From IMG/VR virus record IMGVR_UViG_3300018420_000012, positions 1 to 64,000 of that record: a stretch of DNA of 64,000 nt; one strand, 5' to 3'. The notes beneath the pieces were generated by a model. The model worked only from the letters and a program-made list of their open reading frames with translations. It was not told where the DNA came from and searched no databases. Made by a program: the position numbers and the translations under genes. How positions within the stretch are numbered: the first letter of the stretch is position 1; the number at the start of each line of letters is the position of its first letter. Below, in pieces: positions 1-8,031 of the stretch. This stretch comes from a virus.

Positions 1-105
1 ACCACTGGCAGGCACAATGGCTGGGTCTAGGGTGCAACCTACTGGGTTGTACTCGCAACCGAAAACTGCATCGTATAGTGCGTCGATGGTGTTGAAATCG
101 TACAT
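1..105 (-). CDS. Hypothetical protein, 5' part only (MYDFNTIDALYDAVFGCEYNPVGCTLDPAIVPASG...), runs off the left edge
   Basis: Manual translation from ATG at 105, with AAAGG RBS upstream and a sigma70-like promoter at 172-199; not in the ORF track. Confidence 0.6.
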   Translation of the reverse strand, partial: MYDFNTIDALYDAVFGCEYNPVGCTLDPAIVPASG

Positions 106-171
106 GGTAAAAACCTTTGAAAAGAGAAAAAAAGAAAACTTGTTTGAAGCGTTGTTTGCTTCGATGCCTTA

Positions 172-199
172 ATTATACGGCAAAAGTCAAGTCTGACAA
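172..199 (-). promoter_or_regulatory. Leftward sigma70-type promoter (TTGTCA-16 nt-TATAAT)
   Basis: Minus strand reads TTGTCA GACTTGACTTTTGCCG TATAAT, about 70 nt upstream of the leftward CDS. Confidence 0.55.
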
Positions 200-524
200 T
201 AACTTATTTTTTCATTTTGTTCAAAAACACCGTAAATTACGGGCTAAAAATCTTTTTTCGACTTTTTTGGAAGTCCCGATGGACACTTAGAATTTGCACA
301 CTTGACCGCTCAACTGTCAGTATGGCAGCCTATTGGTGCTGGGATTGGGTTGTATTATTTTGAGAATGGGGGTCTTTTATCTTGCCTGCCTAATCTACCC
401 GATTTGCCTAAAATACCGTGGGTGCTTCCCTCGCAATACGAACACAAAATTATTATGTCTTACCCAAACCATATAAATAAGTCCATATAAAAGAATCGTT
501 GATCCTTCTCGCCCCTTCATGAAC

Positions 525-674
525 CTATTCCAAATCGTCACGGCCCTTCTCGCGACATAAAACACAAGTACGTGTGTTACCTTCAATTTTAAATACCTTG
601 CAGCCACAGACGCACACAGACTGTCTAATGACCGTATATGGTTCGACCTTCTTCTTTTTCTTTCTCTTGCTCAT
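525..674 (-). CDS. Small basic Zn-ribbon-like protein, 49 aa (MSKRKKKKKVEPYTVIRQSVCVCGCKVFKIEGNTRTCVLCREKGRDDLE)
   Basis: Manual translation, below the ORF-track cutoff; GAGGG RBS; CxCxC...CxxC cysteines. Confidence 0.6.
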   Translation of the reverse strand: MSKRKKKKKVEPYTVIRQSVCVCGCKVFKIEGNTRTCVLCREKGRDDLE

Positions 675-699
675 AATTTTGCCCTCTGTTACACACATG

Positions 700-1035
700 A
701 ATACTGTCAGTCTACACCAAGACCATCTATACCTGTAAAGAGCTGGAAGAGGCCCTGTCGGTATTGGTTACTTTGAGAAGCGGTAAAGTCTTGTTTGCTT
801 GATTCTTTTACTTTTACTAAATTCCAACCGTTAGGTTGTTCACATTTCTGTGCTTTACAGGACTGAGTTGACATGGTGGGTCATTGCTCAGATTCTTTTT
901 GCTTGCTTTACCTCGGAGTGCTTGTTCACTCGCCAGTGACTTCTCTATTCAACAAGTGGTTAGAACGCTAACTACACCAATAACGTTTTTTTACAAATTT
1001 ATGTCGAATCCAGACGCTAGATAACCATCGTCTAC
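700..1035 (-). ncRNA. Candidate structured non-coding RNA or long structured 5' leader
   Basis: No ORF of 60 aa or more; at least 8 complementary helices including 9-bp, 7-bp and 6-bp long-range pairings; G-U pairs and a GAAA tetraloop favour the minus strand. Confidence 0.5.
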
Positions 1036-1038
1036 AGT

Positions 1039-1067
1039 ATATTAGTCTAAAATTACAAGTTTTGCAA
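1039..1067 (-). promoter_or_regulatory. Possible leftward promoter (TTGCAA-17 nt-TAATAT) for the structured RNA
   Basis: Spacing and position directly upstream of the first hairpin; weak -10 match. Confidence 0.35.
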
Positions 1068-1075
1068 GTTCTTTT

Positions 1076-1104
1076 TTGGCATTTTACCGTTTCAAGTGTA
1101 TAAT
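1076..1104 (+). promoter_or_regulatory. Rightward promoter TTGGCA-17 nt-TATAAT containing the GTGTATAAT late motif
   Basis: -35 at 1076-1081, -10 at 1099-1104; heads the whole structural region. Confidence 0.7.
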
Positions 1105-1143
1105 AGTATAGAAACCAAATTAAACGCTCATGAAAGGTATGTA

Positions 1144-1329
1144 ATGACTCGCAATAAAGATAAGTGCGTTAAAAAATGTGACGCTGAATTAAAATGCAAA
1201 TCGACTTCGGCCCTTGAGAAGTCTATCGCTAACGATCTAACAAAACCTGATGGAAACTTAGAGGAACTACTGAATGAAAAAGATAGTAACCAAGTCGCTG
1301 GCACTGACACCAGCGAAACAGATAGCTGA
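1144..1329 (+). CDS. Small hypothetical protein (61 aa)
   Basis: ATG 1144 with AAAGGT RBS; the track's GTG start at 1096 lies inside the promoter; overlaps the next gene by 56 nt. Confidence 0.45.
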   Translation: MTRNKDKCVKKCDAELKCKSTSALEKSIANDLTKPDGNLEELLNEKDSNQVAGTDTSETDS

Positions 1330-1954
1330 TAGTAGTGACCTTTTAATAGGGCACTGTTGTATTGGCGAATGTAATCACATGCTATCTGCGTTAGCCTATG
1401 TTGAAGATAAAACTGACACACTAGGGCAACTTTGCGTTATTAATCAAATAGGACTAGATCAGCCATTTTTCTATCAGGCCGAGGTTTGGAAGAGCAAGAG
1501 CGTACTACACTTTAGAGAAAGAGGGGTTGGTACTCTTGTTTCTCACGATGATGGTATACATCTACAGAGGGACGTTGTTTTTGACCACGATCATTGTGAA
1601 CAGAATGTATGCAAGCAATGTGATACACCTCATGACTTTGGAGATGCCCCTATTGTAATAGGTACTTTCCAACCAAAAGATATTTATATTAAATATTTTA
1701 TGCCAGCCTCTTTTATGACTTCACACGGACTGATTTGTATGGAGCCGGGAGAGTTTCTTTTTGTAAATTCTGAGGGCGACTTTAGCGGCGGTAGTGTAGA
1801 GGTCATTACGGAAATGATACGAAAAAACAAGGGCGGCCTTCAGGTTGGAACTGTAAAACCAAAAAAGCCAATTCAGGGCACCATTATTTATAACAAGGGA
1901 ACCAAAAACTTTGAGGGTTATGACGGGAAAAAATGGAGGACTTTAGGTGGTTAA
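1274..1954 (+). CDS. Putative virion fibre-related protein
   Basis: C-terminal GTIIYN...FEGYDGKKWRTLGG motif typical of phage fibre/baseplate proteins. Confidence 0.5.
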   Translation: MKKIVTKSLALTPAKQIADSSDLLIGHCCIGECNHMLSALAYVEDKTDTLGQLCVINQIGLDQPFFYQAEVWKSKSVLHFRERGVGTLVSHDDGIHLQRDVVFDHDHCEQNVCKQCDTPHDFGDAPIVIGTFQPKDIYIKYFMPASFMTSHGLICMEPGEFLFVNSEGDFSGGSVEVITEMIRKNKGGLQVGTVKPKKPIQGTIIYNKGTKNFEGYDGKKWRTLGG

Positions 1955-1955
1955 T

Positions 1956-2474
1956 ATGAAAATACCAAAAGGAATGTCAGAACAACAGGTTATAGATCAA
2001 ATAGATATTGTATGTAATAGGATTGCTCCTAGATATACCTTTTATGGATATACTGTTGATGATATAAAACAAGAGGCTTTTATTATTTGTATGGAGGCCC
2101 TTAACAGATACGATGAGGCTAGGCCCTTAGAAAACTTCCTAAGTGTCAATCTCTCCAACAGACTTAAAAATTTTGTCAGGGACAATCATTTCGTTGGCGA
2201 TGAAAACTTGGATAGACAGAGGGTATACCAACCTGCACAGTTAGACTATGACGACAATATCGTTGACGAGGATGAAAAGTTTTCGAGTGATTATGAGACC
2301 ATTGAATATAACGACATGGCCTCCATCCTAGATAAACACTTACCAGCCAAAGACAGAATGGACTACTTGAAGCTAATTAACGATGTTTACATCACAAAAC
2401 AAAGACGAGAAGAGATACTGGGCATTATCTATCATATTCTAGAGGAACATGGTTATTACGATGAAGACAGGTAG
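1956..2474 (+). CDS. Phage-encoded RNA polymerase sigma factor (sigma70 region-2-like; probable late sigma)
   Basis: DDIKQEAFIICMEALNRYD...LENFLSVNLSNRLKNFVRD matches sigma region 2; ATG 1956 with AGGTGG RBS preferred over GTG 1947. Confidence 0.75.
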   Translation: MKIPKGMSEQQVIDQIDIVCNRIAPRYTFYGYTVDDIKQEAFIICMEALNRYDEARPLENFLSVNLSNRLKNFVRDNHFVGDENLDRQRVYQPAQLDYDDNIVDEDEKFSSDYETIEYNDMASILDKHLPAKDRMDYLKLINDVYITKQRREEILGIIYHILEEHGYYDEDR

Positions 2475-3273
2475 AATATCAAAGATAGAAGAGAAATATA
2501 TCTTAGACCATATTGACGATGACTACAGAGAGGTCGCAGTCGAGTTGGATAGGAACCCTGAGTCTCTTTTAGAATTTATTAAGAAGAAAGTTGCCAAGGG
2601 CGATCTTCCAGAGCCAGTGTGGATGGAGGATCAATACAATGAAGAGAAAGCCCAATATGACTTATCTTTTAGGCCATACTTTACGGAACTAAAGCAACAG
2701 TTTACGGAGGATGAGCTTAAATTGTTTCAATATCACTGGGCCAGAATCATCTCCCAGTTCAAAGACGACGTGATTCCTACAGAGGAGCTTCAAGTTGTTG
2801 ATTTGATTAAATTAGAATTATTAATGAATAGGGCACTCAAGGGCAACAAGGAGAACATTGAACAGATATCTGCTTTAGATGCCCTCATAACCGCCGAGAG
2901 GCAACGCGACCCCGACCAGATGGATAAGGACCAGCTTTTTAATATGGAGCGTCAGGTGGCCTCTCTGAAGGCTTCACAGGAGTCTCTCAACAAAGACTAC
3001 CGAGAGCTTCAGACAAAAAAGAACAGTATGCTCAAAGAGATGAAGGCTACTCGTGAGCAACGTGTCAAAAGACTCGAAGACAGCAAACAAAACTTCACGA
3101 GCTGGTTGGCTTACTTGGTTGCAAATCCAGAAATAACAAGAAAGTTCGGAATCGAAATGGAAAAAATGAAACTAGCTCAAGAGAAAGAAAAAGAACGACT
3201 TTCTCAGTTTCATAAGTATACAGACGATATGGTTGACCAACCATTCTTAACCCCAGATACAGTAAAGGACTAA
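2449..3273 (+). CDS. Hypothetical protein, N-terminal HTH/Myb-like plus coiled coil; terminase small subunit candidate
   Basis: GRISKIEEKYI...VAVELDRNPES HTH-like segment, long coiled coil, located upstream of TerL; start may be 2461. Confidence 0.45.
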   Translation: MVITMKTGRISKIEEKYILDHIDDDYREVAVELDRNPESLLEFIKKKVAKGDLPEPVWMEDQYNEEKAQYDLSFRPYFTELKQQFTEDELKLFQYHWARIISQFKDDVIPTEELQVVDLIKLELLMNRALKGNKENIEQISALDALITAERQRDPDQMDKDQLFNMERQVASLKASQESLNKDYRELQTKKNSMLKEMKATREQRVKRLEDSKQNFTSWLAYLVANPEITRKFGIEMEKMKLAQEKEKERLSQFHKYTDDMVDQPFLTPDTVKD

Positions 3274-3274
3274 T

Positions 3275-4333
3275 ATGGACCAGAAAAAAGCAATTATCTT
3301 CGGAGTAACAGGGCAAGACGGAAGTCATCTAGCCGAATTACTACTAAGCAAAGGTTACATCGTTGTTGGCGTAGCTAGAAGAGCCAGTACGGATAATACT
3401 GAAAGAATCAAAGGTATCCTAAGCAACAAAATGTTCCTAATGGAGCAATCGGATGTTACTGATGCATTTTCATTGATACAATTATTTAATAAACACGACA
3501 ATGTAGATGAAGTCTATAATCTAGCTGCACAAAGTCATGTTGCTGTATCTTTTAAACAACCCGCACTCACTTGGGACATAACAGCCAAAGGATGTTTAAA
3601 TATCTTACAGTGCATGTTTGATCTTGGGATTAAAGCTAGATTTTATCAGGCTAGTTCTAGTGAGATGTATGGAAAACATTACGCAGTAGATCAAGATGGC
3701 AATAAGTATCAAGACGAAGATACAAAGTTTATGCCACAGAGCCCATACGCCATTGCAAAATGTGCGGCTCATCATATAACTAGACTATTCCGTGAGGGTT
3801 ACGGGATACATGCTAGTGCTGGTATTTTATTCAATCACGAGGGGCCACGCAGAGGAGAAACCTTTGTAACACGAAAGATTACTAAGTGGATTGGCGATTA
3901 TACCAAATGGAAAAATAGAGCTGTAAATCCAACTCAACCAAATGAATACAATTTCGACCCTGATAATATTATCATTAACGAACATAAGTTTCCAAAGCTG
4001 CGTCTAGGTAACTTGGAAGCATTTAGAGATTGGGGGTACGCAGGAGATTACGTGGAAGCGATGTGGATGATGCTACAACAGGAAAGTCCGCAGGATTACG
4101 TTATCTGCACCGGCGAAACTCATACTATTCGCGAGTTTCTAGACGTAGCATTTAAACACGTTGGTATAAACGATTGGTCTGATTATGTGGTTCAAGACCC
4201 TGAATTCTATAGACCGGCAGAAGTAGATTACCTAAGAGGAGATTGCAGTAAGGCTAACAAGGTATTAGGTTGGAAACCAAAGCACTCATTTGAGGATTTG
4301 ACAAAACTCATGGTTGACCACGACATATCATGA
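3275..4333 (+). CDS. gmd: GDP-mannose 4,6-dehydratase
   Basis: GVTGQDGSHLAELLL, YNLAAQSHV, FYQASSSEMYG, SPYAIAK (YxxxK), GILFNHE.PRRGETFVTRKIT, LGNL...RDWG, RPAEVD.L.GD. Confidence 0.95.
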   Translation: MDQKKAIIFGVTGQDGSHLAELLLSKGYIVVGVARRASTDNTERIKGILSNKMFLMEQSDVTDAFSLIQLFNKHDNVDEVYNLAAQSHVAVSFKQPALTWDITAKGCLNILQCMFDLGIKARFYQASSSEMYGKHYAVDQDGNKYQDEDTKFMPQSPYAIAKCAAHHITRLFREGYGIHASAGILFNHEGPRRGETFVTRKITKWIGDYTKWKNRAVNPTQPNEYNFDPDNIIINEHKFPKLRLGNLEAFRDWGYAGDYVEAMWMMLQQESPQDYVICTGETHTIREFLDVAFKHVGINDWSDYVVQDPEFYRPAEVDYLRGDCSKANKVLGWKPKHSFEDLTKLMVDHDIS

Positions 4334-4593
4334 AGCTCTACTGTTTAAGATTAGATATTTCAATGTGCATAGCCAGACTAAAAGAGTTTGAGCTACGACA
4401 GTTTAATAGTGCATTTCCAATACTATTTATAGAAGCAAAAGACCCAGATGAGGCTTGCTATAAATGTTTATGCATGTTCACTGAAAATATCCTTAAACAA
4501 AATGAATCAAAACAAACAGCAACTTTAATCAGGGACATTTTAAAAGATGTCCGAGTAACAAAGGTATATTGCAAAGATGAGAAGAAATTATGA
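4330..4593 (+). CDS. Hypothetical protein
   Basis: ATGA overlap with the gmd stop, in operon. Confidence 0.65.
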   Translation: MKLYCLRLDISMCIARLKEFELRQFNSAFPILFIEAKDPDEACYKCLCMFTENILKQNESKQTATLIRDILKDVRVTKVYCKDEKKL

Positions 4594-4843
4594 TGATCCT
4601 GTCTACAAAGAATGGCGGCTTAGAGTTTATAAGCGTGATAAATTCAAGTGCCAAATGCCAAAATGTAAATGTAAAACAAGGCTTCAGGCTCATCATATAA
4701 GAAAGTGGTCTTCAGCCTCTATGTTGAGATACGATGTAGATAATGGCATAACACTATGTAGAAAATGCCATGAATCAATAAACGGGCAAGAGCACTTATA
4801 TGAATCCTTATTCATGGAGATAATAAGAAAAAATGCCAATTAA
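4577..4843 (+). CDS. HNH endonuclease
   Basis: RDKFKCQ..C...LQAHHI...YDVDNGITLCRKCH motif. Confidence 0.9.
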   Translation: MRRNYDDPVYKEWRLRVYKRDKFKCQMPKCKCKTRLQAHHIRKWSSASMLRYDVDNGITLCRKCHESINGQEHLYESLFMEIIRKNAN

Positions 4844-5342
4844 AGCACCAGCCTATACGGTAATTAAAGATACTAGAGAGCAAGATGGTTATACTTTTGA
4901 GAAATTCAATAGTAGATATGCTTCCTGCAATGGAATGGTTGTTAGAAAATTAGACACTGGTGATTATTCACTTGTTGGCCTTGAAGATAAATTATGTATA
5001 GAAAGAAAGGGTAGAATATCAGAGCTTGCTATCAACCTTGGAAAAGATAAGCATAGGTTTATGAGAGAAATAGAAAGGATGAAGGAGTTTCCTTTTAGAT
5101 TTCTTATTTTAGAATTTTCATTAGAGCATGTAATGAATTTTCCAGAAGGGTCAGACATACCAGAAAGTAATTGGAACTCTATCAAGATAACAAATAAATA
5201 TATGCTTAAAATGCTCATTGAGTTTCAGATGTATGATGACATCCATGTTATATTTTGCGAAAACAGGAAAAATGCTAAACTTGTAGTCAATAGCATATTA
5301 AAAAGAGTGAATGAATTTTACTCAGTAGGGAGAAAAAAGTAA
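4833..5342 (+). CDS. ERCC4/XPF-Mus81-type nuclease
   Basis: IKDTREQ...LDTGDYS...CIERK signature (GDxnERK). Confidence 0.85.
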   Translation: MPIKAPAYTVIKDTREQDGYTFEKFNSRYASCNGMVVRKLDTGDYSLVGLEDKLCIERKGRISELAINLGKDKHRFMREIERMKEFPFRFLILEFSLEHVMNFPEGSDIPESNWNSIKITNKYMLKMLIEFQMYDDIHVIFCENRKNAKLVVNSILKRVNEFYSVGRKK

Positions 5343-6001
5343 TGACTACCAATCTTACTATAGATGTAATATCCGATATCCATAGTCATAATGTCGATGT
5401 AGAGCGAAGGGAAATTTACCTTCACGGGTATGTGACAAACGGAGATGAAGACCCCGGCGTTGAGTATAGGATGGCTACCAATTTCTACAAGAATATAAGA
5501 CTATTAGATTCTTTATCAAAAGACCCTATAATTATACATATGCACTCCGTTGGCGGCAACTGGAATGATGGGATGGTCATGTATGATGCTATCAGAATGT
5601 GCAACTCCCATGTAACAATAGTTGTTTACGGGCAAGCAGAATCAATGAGTAGTATTATCTTGCAAGCAGCTGATAAAAGAGTTATGACAAAAAACTCTTA
5701 CTTTATGTGTCACTTTGGCTCTAGCGGATATGGCGGCCATTATTTAAATGTTCAGAAGGGTGCTGCTTTTGAAAGAAAATTAGCAGAGGCAATGTTTGAT
5801 ATTTATACAGATGTATGCATGAAGGGTAAGTATTTCAAGGAGCATTACACAGAGCCAGACTTTGATAAGGTTAAAAATTATTTAAAAAGAAAATTCAAAG
5901 ACGGAGACTGGTATCTAGACTCTAACGAGGCTGTTTACTATGGATTTGCCGACTGTGTTCTCAACACTAGAAGATTCAAGGATATAGATAGCTTAAAATG
6001 A
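5342..6001 (+). CDS. ClpP-like (S14) serine protease
   Basis: REIYLHG, IIIHMHSVGG, GQAESMSSIIL (catalytic Ser), FMCH (His), DWYLDSNEAVYYGFAD. Confidence 0.88.
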   Translation: MTTNLTIDVISDIHSHNVDVERREIYLHGYVTNGDEDPGVEYRMATNFYKNIRLLDSLSKDPIIIHMHSVGGNWNDGMVMYDAIRMCNSHVTIVVYGQAESMSSIILQAADKRVMTKNSYFMCHFGSSGYGGHYLNVQKGAAFERKLAEAMFDIYTDVCMKGKYFKEHYTEPDFDKVKNYLKRKFKDGDWYLDSNEAVYYGFADCVLNTRRFKDIDSLK

Positions 6002-7974
6002 GTAAACTAAAACTTATAGATGAGGCTTGGCTAAATATAGGTGGTGTTCAGGACAAAGACCTGTTTAACCCATTTGATATAGTCGATTTCAATGAGGATG
6101 ATTTTCACCTCAGAATGATGTGGCTCATGACAAGACCGGAATACTTCTCTTTTCTATGCAAGCACGTATTCAACATTAATATTCTACCATCGCAAGCACT
6201 ATTCTTGTGCGAGATGTGGAATAGGAAGTTCCCGATGCTGATTGCTAGTCGTGGATTCGGTAAGTCCTTTATCTTATCCTTATATTCATTAATAAGGGCT
6301 TTGATCTTGCCGGATCGAAAGGTTGTGGTTGTCGGTGCCGCTTTCCGTCAATCTAAGGTTTTGTTTGAATACATGGAAACAATTTGGAATAATGCACCAA
6401 TTTTAAGGAGTATGTGTGATGCGAATAGTGGGCCAAGGCGGGATGTTGATCGTTGTGTTATGCGTATTAATAAATCTCGCGTCACTTGCCTCCCTCTGGG
6501 AGATGGACAGAAAATTAGAGGTCAGCGTGCTAACGATATTATTTCTGATGAGTTTGCTTCCATTCCAAGGGACATCTTTGAGACAGTCGTGGCTGGATTT
6601 GCCGCTGTTAGTTCTGACCCAATTGAAAATGTCAAAAAAATTGCGGCAGCAAAAAAAGCAGCAGAGCTTGGAGTCGAATTAGAAGCAGAAAGCGATAGTG
6701 TTATAGAAAAGAAAGACAACCAGATTATCCTCTCTGGTACTGCGTATTATGATTTTAATCATTTCGCTGACTATTGGAAAAGGTGGAAGTCTATTATCAA
6801 AAGTCAGGGTAAATTCAGTAGACTAAGAGAAATCTTTGGTGAAGACCCGCCCAACGATTTTAACTGGAGGGACTATTCTATTATTCGTGTGCCATATGAA
6901 CTTTTACCAGAGGGCTTTATGGACGCATCTCAGGTGGCTAGGTCAAAAGCCACAGTTCATGCTGGTATTTATCAAATGGAGTTTGGTGCCTGCTTTACAC
7001 GCGACTCTCAAGGGTTTTTCAAGAGAACATTGATTGAATCTTGTGTTACAGATGACAAGGGTACAATAAAAGATAGTAAAGGTAATGATATTTGTTTCCA
7101 AGCACAATTAATGGGGAACAAGGATAAGAAATATGTATTTGGTGTTGACCCCGCTTCCGAGGTAGATAATTTTAGTATCGTTGTATTAGAACTCAATCCT
7201 GACCATAGAAGAATTGTTCACTGTTGGACAACCAATAGAGAGCAGCACAAAGAAAAGGTTAAAAGCGGATATTCTAAAGAGAGTGACTTTTATGCTTATT
7301 GTGCAAGGAAAATTAGAGACTTAATGAAAATATTTCCGTGTGTGCATATTTCTATGGATGCTGGTGGTGGTGGTATCGCCGTCATGGAGTCTTTACACGA
7401 TGAAGATAAAATTCAAGATGGTGAATTCGCTATTTGGCCTGTGATAGATGATGACAAACCAAAGGATACAGATGACCATAGAGGACTTCATATCCTAGAG
7501 ATGTGTCAGTTTGCTAAATATGACTGGCTGGCAGAATCCAATCATGGTTTAAGAAAGGACTTAGAGGACAAAGCCGTTTTATTCCCAATGTTTGACTCGG
7601 TAAGTCTTGGCATTGCAAACGCTGAAGATGGACTTAAAGGAAGAAATTATGATACTCTAGAACAGTGCGTAATGGAAATAGAGGATTTGAAAGATGAGTT
7701 GACAATGATTCAGATTACTCAGACTGCTACAGGAAGAGACAAGTGGGATACTCCAGAAACAGTTATTGGCACCGGGAAAAAGGGTAAACTCAGAAAAGAC
7801 CGTTATTCATCATTAATCATGGCTAACATGGCTGCTAGAACAATAGCTAGAACGCCAACTCAGGCTGAGTATACTTTTTACGGCGGATTTGCAACTATCG
7901 AGAAGCCAAAAAAAGGTGCTCAAATGTTTTCTGGTCCAGCGTGGTTTACAGACCATATGAAGGATGTTTATTAG
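5998..7974 (+). CDS. terL: Terminase large subunit
   Basis: Walker A ASRGFGKS, IRGQRA, Walker B IISDEF, LSGTA motif III, RNase H FGVDPA...MDAGGGG...KDRYS. Confidence 0.93.
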   Translation: MSKLKLIDEAWLNIGGVQDKDLFNPFDIVDFNEDDFHLRMMWLMTRPEYFSFLCKHVFNINILPSQALFLCEMWNRKFPMLIASRGFGKSFILSLYSLIRALILPDRKVVVVGAAFRQSKVLFEYMETIWNNAPILRSMCDANSGPRRDVDRCVMRINKSRVTCLPLGDGQKIRGQRANDIISDEFASIPRDIFETVVAGFAAVSSDPIENVKKIAAAKKAAELGVELEAESDSVIEKKDNQIILSGTAYYDFNHFADYWKRWKSIIKSQGKFSRLREIFGEDPPNDFNWRDYSIIRVPYELLPEGFMDASQVARSKATVHAGIYQMEFGACFTRDSQGFFKRTLIESCVTDDKGTIKDSKGNDICFQAQLMGNKDKKYVFGVDPASEVDNFSIVVLELNPDHRRIVHCWTTNREQHKEKVKSGYSKESDFYAYCARKIRDLMKIFPCVHISMDAGGGGIAVMESLHDEDKIQDGEFAIWPVIDDDKPKDTDDHRGLHILEMCQFAKYDWLAESNHGLRKDLEDKAVLFPMFDSVSLGIANAEDGLKGRNYDTLEQCVMEIEDLKDELTMIQITQTATGRDKWDTPETVIGTGKKGKLRKDRYSSLIMANMAARTIARTPTQAEYTFYGGFATIEKPKKGAQMFSGPAWFTDHMKDVY

Positions 7975-7980
7975 AATTTT

Positions 7981-7989
7981 GTGTATAAT
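7981..7989 (+). promoter_or_regulatory. Late-promoter motif GTGTATAAT
   Basis: Intergenic, upstream of portal; the motif recurs 9 times on the + strand. Confidence 0.75.
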
Positions 7990-8031
7990 TCAATAACGAT
8001 CCAATTACATTCCAAACGCGAGGAACAGTAG

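Noticed and set aside
302-607. Track ORFs 302..490 (+) and 395..607 (-)
   Set aside because: Weak starts and no motifs; 395..607 overlaps the better-supported 525..674 gene
995-1015. TCTGGATTCGAC on the minus strand resembles the 5' segment of tmRNA
   Set aside because: No GGGG acceptor 5' end, no T-arm/CCA 3' end and no tag reading frame ending in Ala-Ala were found, so it was not called ssrA
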